A stretch of DNA of 64,000 bases from Eledone cirrhosa. Taxonomy: Eukaryota. Every line of letters begins with the position of its first letter. Position 1 is the first letter of the stretch. Shown piece after piece: positions 12,994 through 26,924 of this stretch. The translations under genes and the position numbers were made by a program. Location: positions 350,486,001 to 350,550,000 of the forward strand of contig OZ024742.1 in NCBI GenBank assembly GCA_964016885.1. Reading direction: 5' to 3'. The notes under the pieces were generated by a model. It made no database searches, had not been told where the DNA came from, and saw only the letters and a program-made list of their open reading frames with translations.

Positions 12994-13989
12994 GAAATTT
13001 CGTTTTCATTTTATTACAACTTATATATATATATATATATAGGGTAGTAGAGTGGGTATTAGGAACGAGTAGGACCCCGACGGCTGAGCTCAACCCGTTT
13101 CGACGGCTAATTCTGGACTAAATGAAAATGTTTATCCTGGTATATGAATAGCCGAGCTTCTCGGGGGGTAATTCCATATATGGTAAAAGTGATTGTCACA
13201 AGAATTGGTCAAAAATGTTGGTGTTGAGACACATAATTCTATCATGGGAATTTCTGGAAGGAAGGGGTAGCTGAACCTGCCAGTAGAAGAAAGAGGGAGA
13301 GGGAGTGGAGGAAACCCAGTCGTGCGTTGATAGTGTCAACTACAGCAGGGCAGGAGGTCAAGCAAGTATACTAGGGGGGGGGGGGGGGGAGGAAGTCGAA
13401 ACAATAAGTAAATCAATATGGAGTAAATATATAGAAGAATACCAAGAATGTTAAAAATATAAAAAAACAATTTCTGGTTACTATTCCCTAACGACAGTCA
13501 TCAAGTCTCTCACTGGTACTGCTAAACTATAGAAAAGTTTACTAGGTGGGACGGAATTGTAATGAGACCATTTTAAGGTTGTTTTCCTGTCTCACTCGCT
13601 TTACGCGTTTTAATTGTCCTAATAACTTAATTTAGTTATTATTGCACCGACGTGAGGTATATGATTTTTAATGCAATGAAATATCTATGATCGTCGGCAA
13701 ATCACTGATGAGGGACTTATTTTATTACATGTTATCCATGTGCTACCAGCAGTATTTTTCTCCCCATTTTATTCACATATATTCACCTATACTGCGATTC
13801 TGTTTTTTTCTCTCTCTCTCTTACTGCTCCCTCATTCTCTCTGTTTCTCCTACTTTCTTTCGCCCCCTCTGTCGTGTCAGTTAACTCTTCCTCACACTTT
13901 CACTCACTCACTCACTGTTTCTCCTCTCCTCACTTCACCCCGTTCGTAACGAAAGCAATTTCTCTCTTTCTTAATAATAAATTTCTAGT

Positions 13990-14038
<49 letters not shown>

Positions 14039-14384
14039 CACACACACACAACTTCTGTCAACCTACAAACAGAGAAGGAAGGACAAACACGGACCGATAT
14101 ATGAACTCTCCTCTCTAAATATGTATGAAAAAACTAATAATTGTTCTTCCCCTTTTTATTATTTGTATAAATATGCAACATAACTATATTATGCATATCC
14201 GCAGTTGAAAAAGAATATAATGCTGAAAACGGTATTATTAAATGCGGAAATATCCACTTTATAAATAAATAAATGTTTTGCTATTTATGCTGAATGAATC
14301 TCTTCAGCATTTTCTACTGAAAAAATGTTTTTCCTATCTACTATTTGTTTATATATATCAACTCGAGTGTTAAACTCCTATATT

Positions 14385-14490
<106 letters not shown>

Positions 14491-14613
14491 GTAAATTATA
14501 TATATATACAGATTTGCGATATGTCTAAATATTGTATAGAGTTTTTTGATAACAACAATATATACATGCGTAATATTCTAATCTTTTCGATTTCATCTTA
14601 AAGATAAATTTAT

Positions 14614-15130
14614 GGGGTCTACTACTACATGGGGTCCACTACTGCATGAGATAGACTACTATCCACATGGGGTCCACTACTACATGGGGTAGACTGCCAC
14701 ATGGGGTAGGCTACTACATGGGGTAGACTACCACATGGGGTCCACTACTACATGAGATATACTGCCATATGGGCTAGACTACTACATGGGGTCCTCTGCT
14801 ATATGGGGTAGATTGCCACGTGGGGTCCACTATTACATGTGGTAGACTGCTACATGGGGTAGACTACTATATGGGGTCCATTACTACATGGGATAGACTG
14901 TCACATGGGATAGACAGCCACATGGATTAGACTGCCACATGGGGTAGAATACTACATTCGCTCCACTACTACATGTGACACACTACTAGATCGGATGGAC
15001 TACCACATGGGTAGACTGCTACATGGGATCCACTACCACATGGGATGTATTGCTACATGAGATAGGCTGCCACACGGGGTCCGCTACTACATGGGACAGA
15101 CTGCTACATGGGGTAGACTACTACATGGGC
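14614..15130. repeat. 17-bp GC-richer minisatellite, about 30 copies
   Basis: Units GGGGTCCACTACTACAT and GGGGTAGACT(A/G)C(T/C)ACAT. Confidence 0.9.
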
Positions 15131-15566
15131 TCTATTTTTGAGGCCGTGAAATTCAAGCTAAAATCTAAAATACTACAATAGGAGCTCAAATGATCTGTAA
15201 ACGAAACAAAATACAATAGTTTTGTATAAGAAGGAGTGGTTTATATATTTTGTATTGCATCAATTATAGTGGTTTTCGATAAGGAACTTCAAGAAATATG
15301 GAAAATAATGTTAAAGGCGATTGCGCATTATTCTGACAAGAGGCTAACAAAGAAAAAAATATTTCCACATTTAGCATTTATGTCAGGGATAACCCATTGA
15401 CACGCAAAGAGCAGGATAGACTTTTTCACGAGATACCTATATATAGAACATTCCAGAGATTAGTGGGGTTCGCGAGATCTACCTTTATCCGAGTGTATAT
15501 AGTTTATATGTAGATACATGCACGTTCCACAGTACCTATCGAACTTATACAAACTAAACAACACTT

Positions 15567-15760
15567 AAATTGGCAGAATTGCTTCAGTGTCAGATAAAAT
15601 GCCTTGTTCTTACGTTCCAAGTTCAAACCCCGCCGAAGGTAGCTTTGTCTTTCATACAAACGGGGCTGATTAAATGAAGTACGAGTAAGCACTGGGATAG
15701 ATTTAATCGAAATCCCGCTCCCCCCAAATCGTTGGCCTTGTGCTTAACTCAGAAACCAAT
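15567..15760 (+). mobile_element. SINE, diverged older subfamily
   Basis: TGGCAGAAT...GTTCAAACCCCGCCGAAGGTAGCTTTGTCTTTCAT...GGCCTTGTGC. Confidence 0.7.
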
Positions 15761-16460
15761 ATTTTAGGCGAATTAAAGTGCACTATCAATAGAACGCTGA
15801 ATAAATGTTTTATCAATAGAGAATCGAAGATGTTATTAGAAATATCCGTGGAAGTTGGTACATTCAAGGGCATCCTTTTCTTTTCTATATTCGCCTGTTT
15901 TCGTCTTGGGATGTTCTTAAAGCATAATAATCTTACAATTGTTTCTCAATTATAGCATAGCTAGCTTTCAGGAGAATCTAAGAGAAAGTGTACCACGAAA
16001 CATTTTAGAAGCCTGTTGTCACAAATTCTACAGATTCTATATTTCCATTCCACATTTGTATTCTGACAAGTGTTTTTGTTTTTGTTAAAGGTTTACTACT
16101 ATTTAGTTATGAAATGGCTTAAACAAATCTTTCATCCCAGCTTTTAATCTTTATTTCTGAAATACCCCCTCACCAATTATTTTATGTTTTACTTGGTGTG
16201 TTTTTTACAGAGATTTTCCCCTAGAAACTGCTGCAACAATTCATAACATTAATTTCTATTTTGTTTCATGTAATTTTATGATTTAGTTGCTGATTCCTCC
16301 AAACAGCTGACGGCCATTTTTGTTCTGTTTTATACCTTCTGGCATTCCCCACGGCCAAACATGGTTTCTTCTTGTCTTACGTTATCTTAGTAGATTTTTT
16401 ATTCTCTGCTGAATATATTTATAATCATAGAGAATCTTTTAAAAATAACTTTCTAAATAC

Positions 16461-16537
<77 letters not shown>

Positions 16538-17147
16538 CTATTGACTCCCCACAATTTCTTCACTGATTGATAACGTGCCTTAAGGAAATTACTTACTTAC
16601 TCCCTTTCGTGATTTGAATTCAAAGAGTGAAGGGTGAGGGAAGAGAGTGAGAGAGGGTAGAGAGGTAGGAGAAAGAGAGAGGCAAAGAGTTTGAGGATAG
16701 AAAGTATGAGGAGAGAGAGAGAGTGAAAGAAAGAGAGGGGTAAAGAGAGATGATTGTTTTGGTATATATATATATATATATATATATAAACAAATTATAG
16801 AAAATACATATAGATACATAAGTATAAACACATATACTGTCCACCCTTTACCAGTTTCCCTCGATGAATGAAAGAATTAAATAAATAATCAGCAAAACGT
16901 GTAAAGGACGGACACCACACATGTGTTTATAATTATGTATCTATATTTGTATGTGTCATCTTAATTTGTCCTAACTCCCTTATAGTTGAGTACAGAAATT
17001 AAGCTGACATAGACTGCATCTTCTAGTAACTTTGTTACTCGCCATCTACTAGCCCTCTGTAATGACGCTAAAACCACACGATAATTCTCTCTTTCGAAAG
17101 ATTTCTGGTAGCGGTCAATTCTTGGAATTTGTCTTTACTCAAAGCGA

Positions 17148-17227
17148 GTCTATTGAAAAGCCGACTACGTCATAGTTTCAGTGCCTCTTTAACTGCATAC
17201 CAATCGGCGAAACTGCATAGTCGGGGC
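17148..17227 (+). ncRNA. Hammerhead ribozyme motif (U3-A8 core variant), partly decayed helix I
   Basis: GTCTA TTGAAAA GCCGA..TCGGC GAAA CT-GCAT-AG TC GGGGC. Confidence 0.5.
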
Positions 17228-17264
17228 AATGAGGACAAATTAGGTATATTAAGACAAATTAGGT

Positions 17265-17314
17265 GAGCTGTACTGATGAAGGGTGAGACCTAGAAACATT
17301 AGTGTCTGCAGTTC
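17265..17314 (+). ncRNA. Minimal type I hammerhead ribozyme motif
   Basis: GAGCTGTA CTGATGA A-GGGT-GAG-ACCT-A GAAA CA-TTAG-TG TC TGCAGTTC; 8-bp helix I with G-U pairs, GUC site; A-A mismatch at the base of helix II. Confidence 0.75.
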
Positions 17315-17828
17315 TGTTTACATGCCAACACACGAGCATTAATGAAGAGTTCATTCTACTGACATGGCTATACAAATGAGGCTTGTTTGCATAATTGCAA
17401 ACGAATCGAATGTTATTATTAATATTCGAAAAACTCAGATTACATTTATTGTATTCAGCCATGTAGAGCGAACATTTTCTTCGTATATACACTTAGTGCA
17501 ACAAGATAGTGCAACGCAAGCGTTGCATCGGTTATGGTCCCGAGCTTTCGCTTTCACCCCCAACTCCAATTGGCTGAGGCAGTGTCGCGACGGAGACGCA
17601 TATGGCGGAGTATGGCCTGCACGCCTGAGTTGGTTAGTGGGATGAGCTCCTGCTGGCCTACAAAATGGCTAAAAATGTTTCTGATAAGTACTTTTTTTTA
17701 TTCACTGCAGAAGTGATAATTAAGGGACTAAGAAATTAATGAGAAACAACGAAATATAAACGTGATTATATTTGACACTCTACCGATTCCGTCATCTAAT
17801 TCCATTCTACATTCATTAATATAAATAT

Positions 17829-18022
17829 TATAATTGTTTCTACTTTTGGCACCAGGCCACCAATTATCCCAGCGTATTACTGGTAATTTATTTTACCGAC
17901 CCGTTAAGGATGAAAGGCAAAGTTAACCTCGGACGGATTTGAACTCAGACCATAAAGGGATGTAACTCTTTGTTGCAAAGCATGGCGTCCAACCCTCTAC
18001 CGATACTGCCAATCCACCGCCC
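17829..18022 (-). mobile_element. SINE, full length
   Basis: Family consensus on the minus strand; TATTATAAT on both flanks. Confidence 0.9.
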
Positions 18023-19040
18023 TATTATAATCGATAACATTAAACATTGATTGTGCTCGTATTTAAAGAGAGCAAAGATGGGCTTCTGTATAAGATACTC
18101 TAAAATAAATGTTCGAATTTAAAGCTATCTACAGAGGTAGGTTCTATCGACCAAACCTCCCCTATAAACGGGTATCATTGTACTAATGTAAGATAACATC
18201 ATCATCACCAGCAGCAGCATCCCTATCATATTCATATTCCCCCATTTTTCCTTCATCTATATCACCCTAATAAAAAAAAAACATTCTATTACATTAGAGT
18301 TACTTTTGTTGATTTTCCTAACAGATTTTGTCATCTAACCCCAATTACTTTGTGTTAAAACGGAGACGTTAGAAGAATATAAAATCAAAACTATATGTAA
18401 ACAGTAATGAATAATGCGAGATAAATTAATATCGAGTTAGCTTTAACATTGTAATTATATGAGGATACAACGAGACTAGACTAAAATACTGAAGTCTTAG
18501 TTTTCAAGTAATGTTTCAAGGGAAACACATATACTCACATTGTTTTTGTGCTCACACAAATACTATAGACATCTTTTAAAATTCATAGTTAAATCTAGTG
18601 AAATAATTATCGTACATGCTGCAACTTCTTACCTTTAACAAGTTTTAGTATATCATAAAAATGTTCGATCTTGTCTAATCGATGTTGATTACTGAAGTGG
18701 TTATATTCTTTGGAACCTAAAACTTTATATCAAGATTTAACTTACGTACTAAAGAGTTCAAGTGAACACTCATCTCTTTAACTTACGTACTAAAGAGTTC
18801 AAGTGAACACTCATTTTCTTTTCAGAATTCGATGTCGGTTATATCCGGTGCATGTTTCCAGTCTGTTACAAGGAAGCAGTGACTATGTACCTTAGCTATG
18901 AACACATGTCAGTGCTTATATCACGCTTTTAACGTTCAGTAGGAATACCAGAAAACAACAACAGCAACACAGTACAAAATATAATGAGGATTAAAACATG
19001 AATGAAAACAGGATTATAACAAATCAAAATGTCTACTTAC

Positions 19041-19337
19041 TCTCCGAAGCGTTATGTACCATAACTTCAATAGCAATGGACGCCTTGTTGGGCGTTCGGC
19101 AGACGTACGTTCCTCCATCCTCTAACCGACTGTTTTCTATTCTTAACAAACTGACTGTAACTTTATCTGCCGATGTATATTTAGTTGTCAAAATACGACT
19201 GTCTCGGTTCGAATATATCTTAGTGCCTTCTTTATACCAGTTAATATCACGTGACCGACTGTCACCTCCTGAAGAGTTACACATCAAGGAGATTGCAGTG
19301 CCTCGTATGACATAACGGTTCCCCGATATCGTAAGAA
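19041..19337 (-). CDS. Internal exon encoding an immunoglobulin domain (Dpr/ZIG-8-like two-Ig cell-surface protein, second-Ig type)
   Basis: Acceptor GATTCTCTTCCAG and donor A|GTAAGT; 297 bp, phase 1-1. Translation LTISGNRYVIRGTAISLMCNSSG...INWYKEG...LRIENSRLEDGGTYVCRT carries the Ig Cys, Trp and DxGxYxC motifs. Family assignment is from remembered resemblance only. Confidence 0.88.
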
Positions 19338-20288
19338 CTGGAAGAGAATCACACAAAGGACAGTTAGATGATGTTAAATAATGTAAGGGTGATAATGATA
19401 ATGGTGTGGATGAATGATAGCGATAAAAATGAAGAATGATATTCATAAATTTATAGTCAAATTTACATATGAGCAATAATAAACATTGTTTAGTATATTA
19501 GCTGAGTGTGGCTTTGGTCATGTGTTCAGGGGTGTAGTCGTACGCACCATACTTAGGGATTCGTGGGTTGGTGAGGCTATTTAAACCATAGTTGGGGTGG
19601 ATGGCCATTAGTGCGGAAATGTTTATCTACCCTTTAATAGCTCTTGTTATTTTTATGCTGCTGGGGTTCTACCAGACCAGGAACTAGTAGGGGAGCCTGG
19701 GTAATTACCGACCACACGAACATGAAGTTGCTTGTAATGGGTTACACGGTACCGGTAGCAAACAGAAGGCTGACCTGTCCATAGTGGGCACCAGTGGAAA
19801 AGAACGAGAGGGCGGCCAAATCCAAGATGGTGCGTCGATATGGCCAGAGATAGGAACGCACATGGCCAGAGATAGGAAGCGATGGATGTCACCCAGGGAA
19901 GGGTTCATCCAACAGGAGTGTGAAGGATTTAGAATTGAAGGAAAATGTGTATGAACGGTAGAGTGGTGGTTGGAATGTGTTGTATGAAATTAATACATTT
20001 TTAATGTTCAAGTTAGCTTGAGTAACCGTCAATTATTACGAGTAATAATAAGGATTTATCTAAATTCTACCACAAGGGGAGCGACGTTGTTTCAAAGATT
20101 GGATGGCAATAAGGTACATATACACACTAACAGAAACTCCAAATAAGCATTGGATATACAGAATTATCTATGTATAAGTCTAGAGTCTTTCAGACGGCAT
20201 AAATGAATACCTTCCACACAAACACGAGGAGACACACACATACACAGACACAGGCACACACATACGCACTCACACGTACACACACACA

Positions 20289-20325
<37 letters not shown>

Positions 20326-21079
20326 ACACACACACACGCACACACACACATACGCACACACACACAGATATATGCATAAATGTAATATATAAATATATAT
20401 AACAGTGGTGTCAAATTTAATGGACTCTTGAGAGATAAAATAAAATATTATTGGTGTCAACCAAGGATAGAGTAGAGGGAAACATTAATTTTATTGTAGG
20501 GGCGCTCACATATTTGATAGAGAGATAAGAAATAAAAAACTTAACTAAAAAAATATAATAGTAATACTGGTTTCTCATTTAGGCATAAGGCTAACAATGT
20601 TTGGGGGAAAGGGAAAAGATTCCAAACCACGTGATGGTGGGCACATATATAAGAGGGGCTGCAGAGAGGTCATACAATATACTTCAGTTAATTATATAGC
20701 TTCCATCTACATTTATACAACTAGTAAACCATTATATAATATCATTCGTAATACTACAAAAATATCTCACAAAATACTAAGAGAAGACGAACAAAATATT
20801 AAGAAAAGACGAACAAAATAAAAAGTTAGCAAATATAAAATATTAAGAAAAGACGAACAAAATAAAAAGTTAGCAAATATAAAATATTCTCTGAAGTAAA
20901 AGACATTCGTGAGAAATAAGACAAGAAAACAACCGCAACATAAATTGTGAAAAAACAAAACATTGTGGCTACAGATGCTACAACATCTTCTCAGAGTGGA
21001 AACAGGCAAATTAACATATCTGCATTTACTGAGAATCACAGGACACAATACTGAGAGGGAAGGGTTCTTCATTAGATAT

Positions 21080-21177
21080 GGAATGAAAGCTATTACCTCA
21101 GAATGAAAGCTATTACGTCAGAATGAAAACTATTACGTCAGAATGAAAGCTATTACCTCAGAAGGAAAGCTATTACT
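21080..21177. repeat. 20-bp tandem repeat x5
   Basis: GAATGAAAGCTATTAC(C/G)TCA. Confidence 0.9.
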
Positions 21178-21899
21178 CCAGTAAAGTAATCAGAATTTAT
21201 TTGGTAACTGTGAAACATAATTAACCACAGCCTGCAGTGCTGTACTAAATCTTTCCCTCCTGTAGACGTATTTTAAATATTATACCCCCAATAGAATACA
21301 CCAACAGACTCGACAGTTACTGAGCTTTCAAAAACTGACTCTTTCACCAGTATTATCAACTAAAAATTTAATAGAGATGGTATGAGCTTCCAGAAAGTGG
21401 CAAAACTACAATATATAAAGATTTGTTAATCCAATTAAACGTAAAGATCAGGAGTAATCTGTCAGATTTCGATGTCAAAGACCACCAGGTATATATAAGG
21501 CCTCCAAAATGAGATATTCAATCTGAAGAAATGATAATGCGTGAGGAATTATCTTCATATATTTATATAAATACAGTGACAACTAGAATATTCCGAGTAA
21601 ACGCTTGAGTAATTCAGATAACAATAGGTTCCATGGTCCGGCTTTGATACATGCAATAAAATACATAACGCAGTTCACAGGATTCACCAATATACGCGAC
21701 ATAAAGAACATAGTACAATTAGGCAATGTTCACATATTAGTTATATTGATTTCAATACTCCAGGAAATAGAAACGAAGGCAAAGACCAGCACATACACAA
21801 GGGGCATAGAAAAGTGTTGTGTAGTGCAGTAGAAACATGCAATACAAATATTACTAATGGAATATAATAATAATAGGCAGATTACCAACGAAATATAAT

Positions 21900-22630
21900 A
21901 GAAACATATTAAAAACATTATACATGTCTGAAGATGGAATACGAAGAAGAGAAACGGAGAGCTTTATCATGAAATTACAGAGACCAATATTATAAACAAA
22001 AACACATATTGAAAATAACTATCAAGACAGTAAATGTTACATTGGTTGCAAAATCGAGAGAAAAATCTAATATTTTATTGTGAGGGCATAAATAGATGGG
22101 ACAAAAGATACGCTGCAAACTGATTAGGGAATATGGATTGTAAAGTGGATAAAAATGGGACTAATCCATTGAACACAATATAACTATTGTAGCATTTCTT
22201 TGTGAAACATAGAGCACGCAACAGAAACACGGCAAGGAGACCTGGTCACAATAAACAAGACAATGAACATTATGTAAGAGTCGAATGAATTGAAAGAGAA
22301 CAGTTGAAAAGAATTGAGGACTTTTGTGAGATATGTGATAGCAGGTTTTCCCTAATGTCATAGGAGAATTATTGAAAACAACACAAATACAAACAGAAAC
22401 AGAACGGCTGAGGGGATTGAGATATATGTAATGGAATTGGGTTTCAGTAACACGTTATACTCTAATATGAAAGTCCTTGAGGAAGGAAAAGATTCCATGT
22501 TAATAAATATTAGGATGTGATTCTACTGACACAACAACAACAACAACAACAATAAATAATAAATAATAACAATCAACAACAACAATAATAACAATGATAT
22601 TAATAATAGTGATAATTATAATTATAATAG
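21900..22630 (+). mobile_element. Possible highly decayed LINE 3' end (R4/Dong-like) with (CAA/TAA)n tail
   Basis: Purine-rich degenerate coding-like tract ending in a trinucleotide tail at about 22530-22630; no intact motif. Confidence 0.3.
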
Positions 22631-24517
22631 TGATTCTACATGCAATTCCAAAAAATAAGCAGAACCAGAATTATACATAAAGCACTATCAATTCAATAAT
22701 ATATCTCATATTGCACAATTTCAGTAGAAACCAGAAAACAATATAAATACAAAATATAAATACAATATAGAATGAGATAAAGATTGAGGAAAAGCAAGTG
22801 ATAATGCGTTAATAACATGTTTTTTAGTTTTAATGCTACCGTGTAATAATATATTCAGGCGAAATTCTTTGTATGATAAAAGTAACGCCAAATACGAAAC
22901 AAAGAACGAAAGAAAAACATTTTCCTAATTAACGTGATGCAATTAAAGAGATTAAATTATTTAGGAACTGTAGTAAAATTCTTAGCTGAACAGTAAAAGA
23001 TTAATTTCCTTCATGTTTAAATCTCCATCTAATGTTGTACAATTCTTAAATTATTTCTGGATATCTAACTGAATGTATAAACAAGGTTAACTACAAGAAA
23101 TTAAATAGTTTCCTCTTAAGTTCAGAAAGATTTAAACCCATTATTGAATTTAATCTCTGGGATTAGTTAATTTCCTCTATAATTATACAGTTTTCTGGTG
23201 ATTACAACATTAAGTTTTATGCCCTACTATAGCAATTTAGATATAGGATTATAATCCACAACTAATACTTTAGGGATAGCACGGAGTCCTCCATATGGGT
23301 TCTCGACCGGCTAGACATAACAGTCAAATTTCTCACATTTCACACAATTGTTTTATTGGAACATCACACAAATAACACAGATTTTAAATACTTTATATAT
23401 TTAAAAAAAAGATTGCACTTTTCAAAGATTGGACTAAGAATGAGGACAAGGTGAATTTAATAGCTGCTTTTATAGCAAGTTTATACAGGTGTTTATCCCT
23501 ACCCCTCCGACCTTTATTGATGAGCCAATATTTACAAGACGTTAGATGGTGTAGACTATGATCTACAAAACATCGATATGCTAACGATTTGAATGTTATT
23601 TATCATAGACTTACTTGATTAAAGTTGATTTGGGTCTAAACAAAACAATGAAAAAGAAATTGTTTTGAACATGGGTACAACATAGCGCAATAGAGAATTG
23701 TGACAACTTTTATTACACGGAGTTTGTGAACTACATGCCAAGTGTGGGGATTAAACCAGTTGAAACAGTTCTAGTAAAAAATCACTTGCTACAAACATCT
23801 CAATGTTTAGAGAATGACTTATGAAACTTCTATGAGGGAGCCTAAATTACTCACAAAAAATGAATGATGTACACATGAATAGGTGTTTATACAGTGGCCA
23901 ATGGCAACAACACAGAGAAGTCAATGAAAGGATATCACGTGTCCCCATTCGTTTGTTCTACCTCTCCAGCATGCAGAGAGGCAGACCTCTGCCATCACAT
24001 GTTCCTAGCGACCAGAATAATAAAAAACGGCACACCTTGGTGTTAGGTTTTGGCTCTGAGATCAGCTGAACTTACAGATATTTTGATTAATCTCTTATCG
24101 AATGTTACCTGCAAGTAATTGATATCAGATACACAATTTAAAAAAATGTAACTCCTACATGGAAAACACCAAGAAACCATAATAAATGTGATCTTAATGT
24201 AAAAGTAAGCATTCAGTTTTATTTAATTTAAATAAATAAAATTTTGAAGTTGAACACTTCTGATACCATTATAGATAAAATGCCAGATTTTATAGTATTA
24301 TATTCTGAACTGCACAGTATGAAAATCGTCAGGGCGTAAGAACTTGCCTTGTGTGTTTCAGAACACTGCGCTTTGAACTCAAAATCATTTCATGTCAACT
24401 TCGGTAAATTCTTTAGGATATATCTAGATTTATGCAACGAGTAAAACATTATTTAATATCCCTTGTAGTACTGCAAATATATGTAACAAAATATAAAACT
24501 GATACGAATGTGTGACA

Positions 24518-24700
24518 ATAATTGTTTGTACTTTTGGCACAAGGCCATCAATTACTCAATATATCACTGGTACTTTATTTTATCGACCCCGTAGGGATGA
24601 AAGGCAAAGTTAACCTCGGTGGGATTTGAACTCAGACCGTAAAGGGACGCAACTACGCACGAAAGCATGTCCGACCCTCTACCGATACTGCCAATTCACC
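24518..24700 (-). mobile_element. SINE, near full length
   Basis: Family consensus on the minus strand. Confidence 0.88.
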
Positions 24701-25526
24701 TCAATAATATTGTTGGTTTAGAGCTTTCGACGGTCAAATCCCTAGCTGACCTCCCTTTTGCCGCCAAGAGACATGAGATTTGCAGTAACTCGGTGCGAAA
24801 ATAATACCTCAAGGGACGTCGTTCGTAAAGAACCTTATTCTTCATATCCTTACGAAGCTTACATAGACATGCAGATGTACACCGGTGAAAAATATCCCAA
24901 ATACTTCCCATTCACACACATAAATGAAAACATATACATACATACATATGTATTTAGAAGGGATTTCTAACAGGTCCGGGTCGTCTGATTTAATTCATAA
25001 ACAATTGTGGACTCGAGACTGTTATAGGATGCCATTCATTGGTTCAAACTGTCACGTAGTTGGAGCGATTTTGAAAGCCATAGCGGGGAAATGAACTTCA
25101 AATACACCTGCATGTATGTTTACTGCCAATCTATGCTTTACGTATCACTTTAGACTGATGCCAAACATAGTAAAGTCATTGTAGAATTGTCATAATATTA
25201 GTTATTGCTGTTCATGTCAATCAATATATTAGTAGTCATCTTGTATTAACTCTAACAATTAAACTTTATCAGGCGCGACTTCATATAAGTTCTTGGTCGT
25301 TTTGATATTATATTGTAGCATTAATTATTCATGAGTAATATTGGAATATAGTAAACAGCTGGGGTAGCAGTTATGTTATATTGTGACACACAGATGTTGT
25401 GTGAATAAAACGTAACATTTACATATAAAGGTATCGTACAGGAATTTGGGTATACGCCTTGTATGTGTAAAGATGGATTTTAGAAAATGATTAATCATAT
25501 AAGTAACGCAAGCAGGATACATACAT

Positions 25527-25559
<33 letters not shown>

Positions 25560-25653
25560 ACGATGGAAGAGTATTCGATACTATGGGTAGTAGAATGGGT
25601 AATAGGAAAAGTCAGGACCCCGATGGCTGAGCTCCGGACGTTTCATGTGTCTT

Positions 25654-25717
<64 letters not shown>

Positions 25718-25718
25718 C

Positions 25719-25749
<31 letters not shown>

Positions 25750-25773
25750 TGTATGTATGTATGTATGTATGTA

Positions 25774-25841
<68 letters not shown>

Positions 25842-26114
25842 TGTTTAATATAGAAATGACTTCTACATTACTGAAACTGTTTCATTCGTATGAAATCATC
25901 AGGATGAATCATCAGATGATTTCATTCGAATGACACATTTCTATCCTCTCGAAACAATTTGTATATTAAGTAATGATGTTTACAATCTGTAAATGTATTG
26001 GGTACCTTTTTAACTGTGGTTACCCCCTAGTTCACTCGGGATCTACACACACACAGACACACACACGCACACTCACACACAGACACGCACACATACATAC
26101 TCACACACACGCAA

Positions 26115-26181
<67 letters not shown>

Positions 26182-26924
26182 CAAGTATGTATACGTACAT
26201 ACATATATGTGTACAGACGCACAGTAGTATGTATATATCTACATAAATTCACACACATATCTACGTATGGGTTTACCGAACATTTATTATAATCTTCGGT
26301 TTCTTGGTAAACAAGACAGCCCGAATTACGCCGTACAGTGCTCGGCAACCATCGTCGCCCTTTTGTTCAACACTAACACAGGAACGATGTACTAGTTTCA
26401 AGCTTATTAGCTATTGTCATAATCGTATACTTTTCTGTCAGATGATTGAACGTCTGAAAGTATATACTTACCTTATGCCTATTAACGGCTGAGCAGCCTA
26501 ATTTGCATATCGAGTGAGTTAGTCGGCCGGGCATAAAGAATAGAATTTGAAAATGAAATGTGAGTCATTTAAGTACATTTATGTACTTTACTGGTTTCAC
26601 AATTCTTATATTATCAAAAGTAAAACTGAAATGGAGAGATTGTGTTTCGGCTGTGGTGTGTCAGAAACACAATTTTCAACTCAATTTTACTTTTGATAAT
26701 CATAAGAACTGTAATACCGCTAAAGTAAATAAATATTCTTCAAAGCTTCCAGTTGCATTTTCAAATTCTTTTCCTTATATTCTTACGCATGTGGAGCATT
26801 AAAAAAAACTTTACTTTATTGTATCTATCTATCTATCTATCTATGGAAATCGTGCGGCCTGATGCCCGGGAGACGAAGATGTGAGTGTTTTCTTCTCCTC
26901 TTCTTTTAACTTTTCAGAACCAAC

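Noticed and set aside
13700-13720. TCACTGATGAGGGACTT (similar at 48221-48237 minus)
   Set aside because: Only the 5' core is present; no downstream GAAA or helix III
17500-17710. GC-richer segment as a terminal exon of the Ig gene
   Set aside because: Several possible acceptors, but no frame gives a recognisable GPI or transmembrane tail; unsupported without transcripts
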